Assembly: GCA_018902845.1 (NCBI GenBank)
Contig: JAHIPV010000020.1
Location: 10,810 to 74,809, forward strand
DNA from: Patescibacteria group bacterium
GTDB lineage: Bacteria; Patescibacteriota; Microgenomatia; UBA12405
Length of the DNA: 64,000 nt
Direction of reading: 5' to 3'
The notes below the pieces were generated by a model, which searched no databases, was not told the DNA's origin, and saw only the letters and a list, made by a program, of their open reading frames with translations. Shown piece after piece: positions 35,838-46,517 of the stretch. The translations under genes and the position numbers were made by a program. How positions within the stretch are numbered: the first letter of the stretch is position 1; every line of letters starts with the position of its first letter.

Positions 35838-37970
35838 TTAAAACGGGTCTTTTAATTCTATTTCAAATTCGATGAAATCGATATAAAGTTTTCTGGGGTC
35901 ATCGATAGTAATTACTTGTGGCGCGTTGGTTTTGAATGAAAGTGTGTTTATGCCGGGATTGATAGTGATGGTTTTGTTATATTTGGCACCTTGATTATTA
36001 ATGTCTACTTTATCGGTATATTTGTTAATTTTTATAAAAAGGTCAGAAACTTTTGGATATCCGCTATTGGCGATAAAACGAAGACTCATTTGCGTTTTTT
36101 TTTCAAAAGGATTGTAAATGTTTAATTTGCTTTGTCGGGAACACCAACGGTGAGGTTGATTGGTGGCTTCAAGTTCATAACAACCTTCTTTCCACTCATA
36201 TATGGGATGGCTCAGTATTTGTTTTTTCAGGTTTGTTATTTCTGTTGGTTGATATTGACTTAAGAACTTTTTTTTGAAGTTTTGTATGTTAAAAAACACG
36301 AGACGTTGGTTGGAACTAACGGTTGGTTTTGAAGTGATTAGCGATGAGATGTCTTTTTCCAGTTGTTGACCGTTATCAACATAACCGAAGCGGTCGATGT
36401 ATATACCGTCAAAGTCAAGGAGACATAAGGTTTCCAATAATTTTTGTGTTGAATAAGCAGAAATCTTTTCCATCACTCGTCCGCTATATCTTCCTTTAAT
36501 AGTGGCATAACTCCATTTTATTTTTTGAGATTGAACAAAACCCTTGAAGAGATCATAGTCCCCTAATTTGTGGATAGGCAGGGTTTCAGGAAAGTCTTTG
36601 TATGGTAACTGTAGAATGTTGGCTTGTTGAGGAAGTGATTTTTCAATTTCTTTGATAAAGAGTTGGTCATTTATAAATTCTTCGTACAAAGCCGTAAAGG
36701 AGTTTTTGTTTCTGACGAGAGGGGGTACTTGGTCTTGAACGGTAACAATGGTTAAAATGATTATTGTTAAATATATGAAAAGTTTTAATATCTTATTTTT
36801 TATTTTTTGGAGTTGGTATTTAATAAAATATAATAGAGAAAAAATACAAATAAATAATATAAAAGGGCTGATTCGGTTATAACACCTAATTTGTGGACTA
36901 ACGAAATACGCAAAAGTTGTCCCAAACCCTCCGGTAGTGGCGAATAGCAATATAAAAATGTTAACGACGGATAGTTTGTATAGAAGTTTATGTTTTTTTG
37001 AGTTGGTGAGAAAAAAAGCGCTAAACATAGAAATCATAAAACCAAATATTCCAAATATTCCCAGGTATTCGGTTTTTTCGCCGCGTGGTTCCAAACCTTG
37101 GTTATTGTATTTAGTTTGGAGATTTATCAAAAATGGTAATCTGTGATTGTTAAGAGGTATAAGGAGCTGAGTGATTCTGAGTCCATAATATTCGGATTCG
37201 GCTGGATGTCTGAGTCCAACGATTTCGTTTTTGCCGTTTTTAATTGAATAAAGCAGGCTTGGTGTAATGCTTAAAAATACAGTGATAATTATGATAATAG
37301 GAGCAATGAGATACGTGTTAAGATTTTTTGGTTTGGGAGAATTGAAGATAGATATCAGATAGGAAAAGAAAATAAGAATAACGGAAAAAAAAGCATAGTA
37401 TATGCCACTTGATCCAATTATGAGAGACAGAAATATAAGTGTTTTTATGCAAATTTTTTTCTGTTTAAGTATTTTAAAAATAATAAAAAATGTTAATGGG
37501 ATGCAAAAATAAGCTGCTAGGAATAGATGATCTTCTCCTCTGATTAAGTGATACGACGAAAATGTAAATATTATTTGTCCTGTCAGAGATAGAAATATTG
37601 ATTTGGTTTTTTTATAAAACACATAGAAACTGGTGATGGATATTAGTAAGTAGGAGATAAGATAGAAGATGTTAGTTAGCAAAAAATGGTCTTTTACAAT
37701 GATTGACAATAGATAGATTTGTAGTAGAAATGACCAGTCAGAGGTGGGAAAATCATTCATGATATATTTAAATGGGTATCCCAGTTTGTCGGTAATGAGA
37801 GAATTTTTATTTTCTATAATATTTTTGATTGATACTATATTCCACAAGTTGTCTCCGGAATAGGAGATGGGGATGTTGAAATGAGAAAGCCACGGGTGAT
37901 AGATGATAAAAAAGATGATGAGGGTGGTGATAATTGGCAAGAGAAAGAGTAGGTTTTTTTTATGAATCAT
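35838..37970 (-). CDS. Large membrane protein, YfhO-like (N-terminal ~420-aa TM domain + C-terminal extracytoplasmic domain)
   Basis: 710 aa. The architecture fits the YfhO/GT-C partner of GtrB-like enzymes. Confidence 0.4.
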   Translation of the reverse strand: MIHKKNLLFLLPIITTLIIFFIIYHPWLSHFNIPISYSGDNLWNIVSIKNIIENKNSLITDKLGYPFKYIMNDFPTSDWSFLLQIYLLSIIVKDHFLLTNIFYLISYLLISITSFYVFYKKTKSIFLSLTGQIIFTFSSYHLIRGEDHLFLAAYFCIPLTFFIIFKILKQKKICIKTLIFLSLIIGSSGIYYAFFSVILIFFSYLISIFNSPKPKNLNTYLIAPIIIIITVFLSITPSLLYSIKNGKNEIVGLRHPAESEYYGLRITQLLIPLNNHRLPFLINLQTKYNNQGLEPRGEKTEYLGIFGIFGFMISMFSAFFLTNSKKHKLLYKLSVVNIFILLFATTGGFGTTFAYFVSPQIRCYNRISPFILFICIFSLLYFIKYQLQKIKNKILKLFIYLTIIILTIVTVQDQVPPLVRNKNSFTALYEEFINDQLFIKEIEKSLPQQANILQLPYKDFPETLPIHKLGDYDLFKGFVQSQKIKWSYATIKGRYSGRVMEKISAYSTQKLLETLCLLDFDGIYIDRFGYVDNGQQLEKDISSLITSKPTVSSNQRLVFFNIQNFKKKFLSQYQPTEITNLKKQILSHPIYEWKEGCYELEATNQPHRWCSRQSKLNIYNPFEKKTQMSLRFIANSGYPKVSDLFIKINKYTDKVDINNQGAKYNKTITINPGINTLSFKTNAPQVITIDDPRKLYIDFIEFEIELKDPF

Positions 37971-38556
37971 TGTTTGTTTTTAGTATAACGAGATTATTCA
38001 TGCCCAGTTCAAAGTATCTTTTTTGAACAATTTCAAGACCGTAGACAGAAAATATTTTTTCTATTTCTTGAAGATTGTAGTAATGTTTATGTTCCTTGAT
38101 TTCTCTTTTAGAGATTATTTTTAATTTGTATGATAAAAACTCAAGTATTGGTTTGGCTATTTTGGTTGGAGTGGTTATTATCAGGTAGGAGTTTTTTTTG
38201 AGTATTTTTGACAGGAAGGAAAAATCGTGGTTGGGGTAATCTAAGTGTTCCAATACGGCAAACATGGTTATTAGATCATATTTCTGATTAAGTATTTTTT
38301 TGAAATTTGAAGTTGTTTTTTGTTTTTTGTTAGTAGTGTTGTTTTTATTTAGTGGATCATATCCGATATATTTTTTGAAACGGATATTTTTGTCTTTAAG
38401 ATATTTATAGAATTTGGCTTTTGGTCCGCATCCATAGTCTAAAATTAACCATTCGTTTTGGTTTTTATTAAGTAAAAATTTTTTTATGACATTAAATCTT
38501 ATCTTTCTTAATATCGGTTCTAAAAATGGTTCTTTTCCATTGGAATATTCAAACAT
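37960..38556 (-). CDS. Class I SAM-dependent methyltransferase
   Basis: LILDYGCGPKAKF ... MFAVLEHLDYP. Confidence 0.7.
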   Translation of the reverse strand: MFEYSNGKEPFLEPILRKIRFNVIKKFLLNKNQNEWLILDYGCGPKAKFYKYLKDKNIRFKKYIGYDPLNKNNTTNKKQKTTSNFKKILNQKYDLITMFAVLEHLDYPNHDFSFLSKILKKNSYLIITTPTKIAKPILEFLSYKLKIISKREIKEHKHYYNLQEIEKIFSVYGLEIVQKRYFELGMNNLVILKTNNDS

Positions 38557-39253
38557 TGTATTTTATGATTTGGTAAATTGTTTTTAGACCGTCTATCCAG
38601 TTGATGTGTTTTCCTTCTTCATAGGTTCTTCCATAATATGAGATGCCAACTTCGTAAAAACGAATTCCTTTAATTTTGGTTAAGCGGGCAGTGATTTCAG
38701 GTTCAAAGCCAAATCTATTTGATTGAAGCTGGAGAGCAATTTTGCGTATTATTGGGCCTGAAAATACCTTGTAACAGGTTTCCATATCGGTCAAGTTAAT
38801 GTTGGTTAACATGTTAGAAAAGGTGGTTAAGGTTTTGTTTACCAATGAATGCCAATAGTAAACAACACGATGAGGTTTCCCTCCCATAAACCTGGATCCA
38901 TAGACTACGTCAGCTTTGCCATCTAAAATAGGTTTTAATAACATAGGATATTCACTTGGATCATATTCAAGATCAGCATCTTGAATCAGAACAATGTCTC
39001 CGGATGATTTTTTGAAACCTGTTTTTAGAGCACTGCCTTTGCCGGTATTTTTTTGATGGAAAACTATTTTTAATTCCTTTCTTTTTCTAATTTTTTTTAG
39101 TATTTCTCTGGTTCCATCGGTGCTTCCATCATCGATGATTATAATTTCCTTTTTTAGGCCTAGCGAGTTGGCTTTTTGAGCTTTTTTTAGGATCTCCAAA
39201 ATTGTTTTAGATTCGTTATAACAAGGAATTACAATGGATAGTGTTTTCGCCAT
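38549..39253 (-). CDS. Glycosyltransferase family 2 (Dpm1/GtrB-like, soluble)
   Basis: LSIVIPCYNESKTI ... IIIDDGSTDGT ... IQDADLEYD. Confidence 0.8.
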   Translation of the reverse strand: MAKTLSIVIPCYNESKTILEILKKAQKANSLGLKKEIIIIDDGSTDGTREILKKIRKRKELKIVFHQKNTGKGSALKTGFKKSSGDIVLIQDADLEYDPSEYPMLLKPILDGKADVVYGSRFMGGKPHRVVYYWHSLVNKTLTTFSNMLTNINLTDMETCYKVFSGPIIRKIALQLQSNRFGFEPEITARLTKIKGIRFYEVGISYYGRTYEEGKHINWIDGLKTIYQIIKYNV

Positions 39254-39254
39254 A

Positions 39255-40664
39255 TTAATGTGAAGGTATTTTTTTGTATTTTTTAAGTTTTGTAAATAAT
39301 ACCAGAAGTAATAAAAAATATGGCAGTGTTGCCGTTGTTTTGAATTTTATGGCGTCGATGACGTTTTTATACAAAATGGGATTCTTCCGCCAAATCAGCT
39401 CGTTAATGGATTGATAGTAATATGCTTGGTTTTGTTGAATGACGGCTGGGGTAGGAAATTTTGGACTTGGAGCAAAAAGTTGATTAAGTGATTCTTGCGG
39501 GAATATTAAAGTGGCGTAGTTGGAGATTCCCGTTATGGCAAAAAATAAAAAGAATCCGATTGTTAATATTTTTTTTGAGAAGATTTTTTGGATGATTGTG
39601 TTAATTTTTTTTTGGTTGATAATGAGCAATAGGAGCAGACATGAAGGTAAAAGAGGTAAGGTAAGTCTCGGTCCCCAGGCAATCCATCCAAAAGGGGCAA
39701 ACCATTGAGCTAAACCGATGTTTTGAATTATTAATACCAAGACTACTAATAAGTTCAAATAGTTTTGTTTCCATTGGTGGATAATTGTAGATATTGAAAA
39801 AATAATTAGGGCACTTAGTGATGGCCAGAAAAACAAGAGGCCACCACTGGATGAAAAAAATAGGCCTAAGAAGAAACTTGTTGAGTTTCTATTGTTTTTA
39901 ACCATAAATAGCGGATTCATCAGTATGGGGTTTGTTATTGTTCCATATCTGTACAGGTTAAAGAGACTATTAATAATTATTGAAAAGACAATCCCTAAAA
40001 TTGTGGGGGTAATGCTTCTAAAAAATTTTTTGATTGATAGTTTTTTTGTCAGTTGAGCCGTAGTGTTAAGTAAAATGATGATGGGCCAGGCTACTTCTTT
40101 TGATATTCCAGCCATGATTGAAAAAAATATTATTTTAGGCCAGTTGGTCTTTGTTTTTAGATTGGTGATTAAGGCTATTAATATTAATGTGGATGTTGTT
40201 AGTTCATTAAACGATGAGTAGGCATAATAAAGATTAAAGCCGGTTAAAAAGATTAATAAACCTAAAATAGCGATGTTGATGGATGTTTTTTTTAGTAATA
40301 TCCTGAATAACAAAACACACGACAGACTAAAAGAAAACAGATTGATAAAAGAGAGCAGTTTTGCGTTGTTAGTAGGATTTTTGCTGACGGGAGATACTAT
40401 TAGTGATATCAAATGTTGAAGAAGGGGAAAGTGTGTTAGGTTAGGACAATGAGTAAATTCATTGTTTTTTAAGCATTTTATAATTTGATAACTACTGTCT
40501 ACCAGAACTTTTGTATCGCCTTCGATATATGGTTGATAGTTTATGAAAAATGTAAGAGAAAAGACCAGAATTAATATTCCGTAAAAAAACAAATTATTGT
40601 TGATTGACACTAGGTTTTTGACAGACAAGATAGATATTGTCACCCAAGTTTTGTGTATTGGCAT
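39255..40664 (-). CDS. Polytopic membrane protein (possible GT-C / polymerase-like)
   Basis: 469 aa, hydrophobic almost throughout. The N-terminus overlaps the upstream methyltransferase gene, so the true start is uncertain. Confidence 0.4.
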   Translation of the reverse strand: MPIHKTWVTISILSVKNLVSINNNLFFYGILILVFSLTFFINYQPYIEGDTKVLVDSSYQIIKCLKNNEFTHCPNLTHFPLLQHLISLIVSPVSKNPTNNAKLLSFINLFSFSLSCVLLFRILLKKTSINIAILGLLIFLTGFNLYYAYSSFNELTTSTLILIALITNLKTKTNWPKIIFFSIMAGISKEVAWPIIILLNTTAQLTKKLSIKKFFRSITPTILGIVFSIIINSLFNLYRYGTITNPILMNPLFMVKNNRNSTSFFLGLFFSSSGGLLFFWPSLSALIIFSISTIIHQWKQNYLNLLVVLVLIIQNIGLAQWFAPFGWIAWGPRLTLPLLPSCLLLLLIINQKKINTIIQKIFSKKILTIGFFLFFAITGISNYATLIFPQESLNQLFAPSPKFPTPAVIQQNQAYYYQSINELIWRKNPILYKNVIDAIKFKTTATLPYFLLLLVLFTKLKKYKKIPSH

Positions 40665-41505
40665 TTATTAGTTTCAAATTGCTAATCAGATCATTTTTTT
40701 TATAGAATGTTTTTTTGATGCCGTGGTAGCCTACAGTATAAATATTAATTAGATTGTAATCAAACCTATCGTGAGTTTTGCAATATTTGATTTTAAAGTT
40801 GTTATCAGTGACGAGTTTTTTGAGTTCTTGAAGAATAAATTCTCTGTTATGTCTGCCGTAAACTCCATTTTCTGGATGGTAAAGGTCGAAGATATTTTCG
40901 CCCTTGAGTATGGTAGCGATGTTTGTGAGTCTGGCGGCATTGGGTGTGGTAATAATAAGTTGACCGCCTTTTTTTAATATTCTGTAAAATTCGGAAAAGA
41001 CGGATAGTGGATTGATAATTAAGTGTTCCAAAACTTCACAAAACAAAACGGTATCAAAGGTGGCCGTTTTGAATGGATATGGGATATGTTCAATGTTAAG
41101 GCCAATTGAATTGAATTTATATGATTCATTGTATTTATGATTGGTGATCGATTGGGTGATATCCTTTGTTTTTTTTAAATATATGTTATGGTCGAAAAAG
41201 TTGGTGCTTGTGATCTTGTAGTTGAAAATTTTTTTAATCAAGATCGTAAGTAAGTATGGATTGGAACCGATTTCTAAAAGAGTACCATTGTCTTTATAAG
41301 GAATAAGGCTAAGGGTGTGTAAAAAGCGAGCGATGGCATCCTGAACATAGTTTTTTATGAAGTTCGAGGGTTGATTTTCTAGTGAGAAGTTTTTTAGGTA
41401 GCCTATGATTTCTTCGGCGTGACTATAGATAGTGGTTAGTTTTTTGTCAAAGGTAGCATGTCGGAAAACGTGTGTAATTTGTTTGAAATCTATTGTTTTG
41501 GTCAT
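40594..41505 (-). CDS. Class I SAM-dependent methyltransferase
   Basis: LEIGSNPY ... VLFCEVLEHLIINP ... LKKGGQLIITTPN. Confidence 0.7.
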   Translation of the reverse strand: MTKTIDFKQITHVFRHATFDKKLTTIYSHAEEIIGYLKNFSLENQPSNFIKNYVQDAIARFLHTLSLIPYKDNGTLLEIGSNPYLLTILIKKIFNYKITSTNFFDHNIYLKKTKDITQSITNHKYNESYKFNSIGLNIEHIPYPFKTATFDTVLFCEVLEHLIINPLSVFSEFYRILKKGGQLIITTPNAARLTNIATILKGENIFDLYHPENGVYGRHNREFILQELKKLVTDNNFKIKYCKTHDRFDYNLINIYTVGYHGIKKTFYKKNDLISNLKLINANTQNLGDNIYLVCQKPSVNQQ

Positions 41506-41526
41506 ATAATTAAGAAATGCGATAAC

Positions 41527-43434
41527 CTACAATTTCGATTGAATTTTGATCAATCTATCCTTGACCCTATTGGTGATAGTTTCGATGGAAAAATTTTGGT
41601 GGATGAACGTTGAAGCAATTTTACCCTTTTTTCGAGCTGAAGAATAATTTGTGTAGACTTGCCTCATTTGTTTTTTAAGGTGATCTGTATCAGGGTCGGC
41701 CCATTTGAATCCTTTGTAATAGGGGCATTTTGCCGTTGCCGGTATTAGACGGGCAACTTTGATGGGATATGCGATTTTGTTGTCGATAAAGTCGGTTTGA
41801 GAGCTCCAGTTGGTGGCTATTGTGGGAATTCCACAGGCCATGGCCTCCATAATCGGGAGACCCCATCCTTCTCCCCGTGTTGGCATTACGAATGATTGGC
41901 AACTGCGATAAAGACATGCCATTTGGTAGGTGGGAAGCATTTGGTTATAGAGGATGACAATGTTTTTGCCCCCATTTTTAAGATTTAATTTTTTTATTTC
42001 TTCTCTGACATTAATACTGCCATCGTTATTATTTACTTTGCAGATTAATTTAACTTTTTTGTTGTTTCCGAACAGATCGTCAAACGTTTTTAGGAGTATG
42101 TCGGGGGCTTTGCGTTTTCCCCATTCGAAGCATGTCATGAATTTAAAATGATCTGGAAATAATTCGATGGGTTTAATCTTTGGATTAAAATGATGGATGT
42201 CGATCCCCAGTGGCATTACGTGTATGGGTTTTTTTACACCGCTGTCTTGAAAGGTCTTTTTATTGAAAGTGGAAGGAACCCAAATTTCGTCCATGAGATT
42301 CGATTGTCGTACCCACTCTTTTGGTATACCTGTAGTCTCCATCATGGTGTAGCCGATTTTATATTTGCCCGTATTTTTTCTAAATACGTCCCCCTGACCG
42401 TAAACAACTTCGATATTGCTTTTGACGAATCCTTTGTTTTGATAATAGGAAATATATCGGTCAGAAGATGGTTTTTCTTGAAGCGGAAATGGTGTGTTGT
42501 GACCATATAGATATTTATAACCAACATTAACATTGTTCTTGGTTAATTCTTTTATTATATGCAGAGAAGTTAGTGCGTACCCGGAATACCAATTAATTAA
42601 GGAGTGCCAGTTTACGGAAATATCGAAATCGCGAAGTTGTTTTTGCCATTTTGACAGAAACACTTTTCTTGACCTTTGGTATACTTTATTGAAGTTTAAT
42701 TGGTTAATTTTTGAAGTAATATTTTCGTAATGAATTAAGGTTACGGTGCCGGAACAAAAAGTGTTAAAACCGGCCTTTTTAGCCCTTAAACAATAGTCTG
42801 TATCTTCGTAGTAGGCAAAGTATTTTTCATCTAAATTACCGATTTTATTGATGACGTTTCTTTTAATGTAAACCATAGCGAAGACAATACTTTGTTCAAT
42901 GTGGGGTTGATTATATTGGTTGACATCTTTTTCTGTTAAACTACCGATTTGGTAACCGGTGAAATTATCATCAAACATAGTTGCGCCTACATGAAGAAGC
43001 CTGTTTTTATCGTTAACCAATCGGCATCCCAATAATCCCGCTTGGGGTAGACTATATATTTCTTTTTTAAGTTTTGTTATCCAATTTTTCGTTATTACTT
43101 TTATGTCGTTATTTAAGAGAATGATGTCGTTATTTTTTTTTGCTTTTTTTATACCGATGTTATTTCCTTTTGAGAAGCCAAAATTTTTGTTTTGTAGGGA
43201 GAGTTTAATATTTTTTTTGCCTTTAATAAATCCTTTGAGAACTTGAATGGTCTTCGGTTGGCTTCCGTTATCAATAATTATGATTTCGTCGTAAGTTTGG
43301 TCTGAGTTTTGTATTGAATCTATACATTGTGTGGTGTACTCGGGACCGTTGTAGGAAAGGATAATAATACTAACCTTTTTTTGTTTTTTACTGCGGTTTT
43401 TATTTGTAGGTTTATTTGGTCGCGATGACGCCAT
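41527..43434 (-). CDS. Bifunctional glycosyltransferase (N-terminal GT2 + C-terminal GT4)
   Basis: VSIIILSYNGPEYT ... IIIDNGSQP in the N-terminal half, and PTRGEGWGLPIMEAMACGIPTIATN in the C-terminal half. Confidence 0.7.
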   Translation of the reverse strand: MASSRPNKPTNKNRSKKQKKVSIIILSYNGPEYTTQCIDSIQNSDQTYDEIIIIDNGSQPKTIQVLKGFIKGKKNIKLSLQNKNFGFSKGNNIGIKKAKKNNDIILLNNDIKVITKNWITKLKKEIYSLPQAGLLGCRLVNDKNRLLHVGATMFDDNFTGYQIGSLTEKDVNQYNQPHIEQSIVFAMVYIKRNVINKIGNLDEKYFAYYEDTDYCLRAKKAGFNTFCSGTVTLIHYENITSKINQLNFNKVYQRSRKVFLSKWQKQLRDFDISVNWHSLINWYSGYALTSLHIIKELTKNNVNVGYKYLYGHNTPFPLQEKPSSDRYISYYQNKGFVKSNIEVVYGQGDVFRKNTGKYKIGYTMMETTGIPKEWVRQSNLMDEIWVPSTFNKKTFQDSGVKKPIHVMPLGIDIHHFNPKIKPIELFPDHFKFMTCFEWGKRKAPDILLKTFDDLFGNNKKVKLICKVNNNDGSINVREEIKKLNLKNGGKNIVILYNQMLPTYQMACLYRSCQSFVMPTRGEGWGLPIMEAMACGIPTIATNWSSQTDFIDNKIAYPIKVARLIPATAKCPYYKGFKWADPDTDHLKKQMRQVYTNYSSARKKGKIASTFIHQNFSIETITNRVKDRLIKIQSKL

Positions 43435-44455
43435 ATTCTCTTGCTCCGTTTATTAATTTATCAAAAGGGGTGTTGATCTTTTTTTTAAAAGGAGACAAAT
43501 ATTTGATTTTGATGTTTTTGAAACCAATATAAGTCATAATTGTCTCTAATAGTTCGGCTGGTACTTTAGTTTTGTGGGTATAGTCGTAGTAAAAGCTATA
43601 ACTGCTTACCTGTAGATTGTTAGGGTTTGGAGTTTCAATAATGATTATGCCATTTGGTGCTAGTTTGTTGTATGAGAGCTGAAGCAGATCGTATATTTCA
43701 GGAAAAAGCATGTGTTCAATAAGGTGAAATATAGAAATTCCGCAGAAAAGTTTTTGGGTTTGCTTAAGATAGGCTATGGCATCGCGTTTGTAAACTTTAT
43801 ATCCTGACTGTTTGGCTATATAAACGCATTCTTGGTTGATATCTATTCCGATGACCCTTTTGAGGCCGTATTGTGTCAGGATGGAAAGGAATTCTCCATT
43901 TCCAAAGCCAATATCTAGAAATGGGTATTTTTTGGAAAGAGAAGTGCAGGGTTTCAGATATTTTGTGTATTGTTGCTGTCTGGTGGTTATTAGTTTTGAC
44001 GAACCGCGAAAAATATTTTCAAGGTAGTTGTATAGTTTATCTGATTCTTGATCAAAAAAAAGAGGTTGATATTCTAATTGTCTTTTTTTGTTGAGATTAT
44101 TATGTAGAGTGATAATCTCGCTACTTATTTTTGCTTGGTTTTTAGTGATGTCACTTAGTGTATCCTTGATGTTTTGGATAATTTTTACTGTGAGATCGTT
44201 GAAGTGCGTCTGAATAGTGGTATACACTTTTATTATTCTAAGAGTGATCAGTTTTAAGAACCTAAATTTAGTTTTGGGAGGTAATAACATTCGTGGGTTT
44301 TTATAACTGTTGAGGACAAAAATGTTGTTTTCTAAAGCACTAATCTTATTGTGGAGATTAGTGCTGAAAGTCGAGATGTTTTTCTTTGAAAACAAGCTTT
44401 TGAGATTCCGTTCTAGGTCAAAAATGTCTTTATTTGGTTCATTGTAAAAAATCAT
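43412..44455 (-). CDS. Class I SAM-dependent methyltransferase with N-terminal coiled-coil-like region
   Basis: FLDIGFGNGEFL ... IFHLIEHMLFP ... LAPNGIIIIETPN. Confidence 0.7.
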   Translation of the reverse strand: MIFYNEPNKDIFDLERNLKSLFSKKNISTFSTNLHNKISALENNIFVLNSYKNPRMLLPPKTKFRFLKLITLRIIKVYTTIQTHFNDLTVKIIQNIKDTLSDITKNQAKISSEIITLHNNLNKKRQLEYQPLFFDQESDKLYNYLENIFRGSSKLITTRQQQYTKYLKPCTSLSKKYPFLDIGFGNGEFLSILTQYGLKRVIGIDINQECVYIAKQSGYKVYKRDAIAYLKQTQKLFCGISIFHLIEHMLFPEIYDLLQLSYNKLAPNGIIIIETPNPNNLQVSSYSFYYDYTHKTKVPAELLETIMTYIGFKNIKIKYLSPFKKKINTPFDKLINGAREYGVIATK

Positions 44456-44457
44456 AT

Positions 44458-45678
44458 TTATATGTGAATGGTTTGTAATAATTTATTTTTAAATATGTCA
44501 AAGTTGTATTTTTCAAGTAGGTTGTTTTGTATGTTAATTATTGACCGGATTCGGTCTGGTTTATTGATTAAATCTTTGAGTATTTTATTTATATCTTCAA
44601 TATTATCATACGTATATATGTTATTATTTTGGGTAATTTGGGAAAAGGCGCTGTTTCGATTAATAATTAAGGGAATGCCGTGGTAAATTGCCTCAAAATT
44701 GACTATACCCAAGCTTTCTTCAATTGAAGGGTTAATAAATATGTCAATTTTTTCGAATTTTCTTTGTTTTTCTGATTTTTTAAAATTATAGTTTATTTTA
44801 ACTATATTTTGTTTAATATATTTTTTAAATTCTTTTTCTATTAAGCTAGAGGAGTTTGTTTTGGCACCGGAAAAGTAAAGAGTTAATTTGTAATTTTGTT
44901 TTTGCCAATATAGTAGGTATTTATCTAAATAGTTTTTAAAGATAATCAGATTTTTTCTAAGGGTGATTTGTCCGATAAAACCGATATTTATTTGTTTGTT
45001 GTGAATCCTTTTTAATTTTTTAGAGATAATTTTGTTAAGGTTTGTTTGTTGTTTTTTTATTTGCTTGATGGTGTATGGGCAAAAAGTGGTTTGGATAAGT
45101 TTTGATTTATTAATTTTGTAGTTTTTGATAAGTTGTAATTTTTCCATGGGAGAGAGGTAAAGAATTTTGTGGGAATAATTAAGAGATTTTTGAAAAAAAG
45201 GACAATTGTTGTAGTAATTAACATTATGGTAAGCAGGAATTAGGATTAGTTTTTGGTTGAATTTCTTGGCAAAAATATAGCTGTCATAAAACATTTTAGT
45301 TGGCATGCCTGTACCGATAATAATATTTGAGTTTTTGATTATATTTATAATTTTGGGAGTATATTCTAAAATTGGGCCGAAATAAAAAGGAGAAAAGAAG
45401 CCAACTTTGAGTATAATTTTATTTAGAAATTTATTGGCTATTCGTTGCCAGAAGAAATTTAACTTTAGTCTGTGGATGTTGTTTTTTTTATCTGTTTTAT
45501 TGTTTGGTAAAAAGTCTTTGAAGGTTTTATAGCTATCCAGAGTTGATCCTTTGCCTGTAATAATATGGACAGTATATTTTTCATCTAAAATTTTTTTAGT
45601 TTCTTCTATTAAATATTCGAGACCGCCTTTGGCTGGTGGAAAGCAATGAACAAAAATACAAATACTTTTATTTTTCAT
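44458..45678 (-). CDS. Glycosyltransferase family 4
   Basis: INPSIEESLGIVNFEAIYHGIPLIINRN. Confidence 0.75.
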   Translation of the reverse strand: MKNKSICIFVHCFPPAKGGLEYLIEETKKILDEKYTVHIITGKGSTLDSYKTFKDFLPNNKTDKKNNIHRLKLNFFWQRIANKFLNKIILKVGFFSPFYFGPILEYTPKIINIIKNSNIIIGTGMPTKMFYDSYIFAKKFNQKLILIPAYHNVNYYNNCPFFQKSLNYSHKILYLSPMEKLQLIKNYKINKSKLIQTTFCPYTIKQIKKQQTNLNKIISKKLKRIHNKQINIGFIGQITLRKNLIIFKNYLDKYLLYWQKQNYKLTLYFSGAKTNSSSLIEKEFKKYIKQNIVKINYNFKKSEKQRKFEKIDIFINPSIEESLGIVNFEAIYHGIPLIINRNSAFSQITQNNNIYTYDNIEDINKILKDLINKPDRIRSIINIQNNLLEKYNFDIFKNKLLQTIHI

Positions 45679-46405
45679 TAGTATATTTTTTTATAATGGT
45701 TTCTGGGTTACCGTGGGAAATTAGTTTGGATTTGTCTAGATAAATTGCTTTGGTGCAGAAGGATTGGATTGATTCCATGGAGTGGGAAACATAAATAATA
45801 GTGATGCCGGATTTTTTGAATTGTTCCATTTTGGCGAAGCATTTGGCTTGAAAAGCAGTATCGCCTACTGCTAGGATTTCATCAATTAATAGTATTTGGG
45901 GGTTTACGTGAATGGCTACTGAGAAAGCCAGGCGCATGTACATGCCGGAGGAATAGTGTTTGATGGGTTGGTTTATAAATTGGTGAAGTTCGGAAAAGTT
46001 TAAAATATCTTGGTAATAATTATCGATTTGTTTTTTGGAGAGGCCTAAAATAGAGCCGTTTAGGTATATGTTTTCTTTGCCGGTCAGTTCGGGATGAAAA
46101 CCGGCGCCGAGTTCGATTAAGGGTGAGACTTTACCGTTTACAATAACTTTGCCTTTGGTAGGTGACATGACGCCGGCTATGAGTTTTAAAATAGTTGATT
46201 TGCCGGCTCCGTTGGGGCCGATGATTCCCAGAGTCTCTCCTTTATTGACTGAAAAGGAGATGTTTTTTAGAGCGGTGAAATTTTGTTTAGTTTTTTGACG
46301 GCCAAAGAGAGCCGGGAGGAATTCTTTGAAGGTTTTTTGGGAGTATAAAGAGAATTCTTTAGTGACATTGGTGAATTTGATGATGGGGTGGTTGTTTTTT
46401 GACAT
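45668..46405 (-). CDS. ABC transporter ATP-binding protein for polysaccharide or teichoic-acid export (Wzt/TagH/KpsT-like, no C-terminal carbohydrate-binding domain)
   Basis: Walker A GIIGPNGAGKST, ABC signature YSSGMYMRLAF and Walker B ILLIDE. Confidence 0.85.
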   Translation of the reverse strand: MSKNNHPIIKFTNVTKEFSLYSQKTFKEFLPALFGRQKTKQNFTALKNISFSVNKGETLGIIGPNGAGKSTILKLIAGVMSPTKGKVIVNGKVSPLIELGAGFHPELTGKENIYLNGSILGLSKKQIDNYYQDILNFSELHQFINQPIKHYSSGMYMRLAFSVAIHVNPQILLIDEILAVGDTAFQAKCFAKMEQFKKSGITIIYVSHSMESIQSFCTKAIYLDKSKLISHGNPETIIKKYTNEK

Positions 46406-46517
46406 GATTTTGTTGATTTTTGGTACTTATTTAATTTTACTTTAACTTGACAATCACTTTGTATAAATGTAAACTATTGTTAATCATCAGGGAGAATACG
46501 ACCCTTAGACTACGTGT

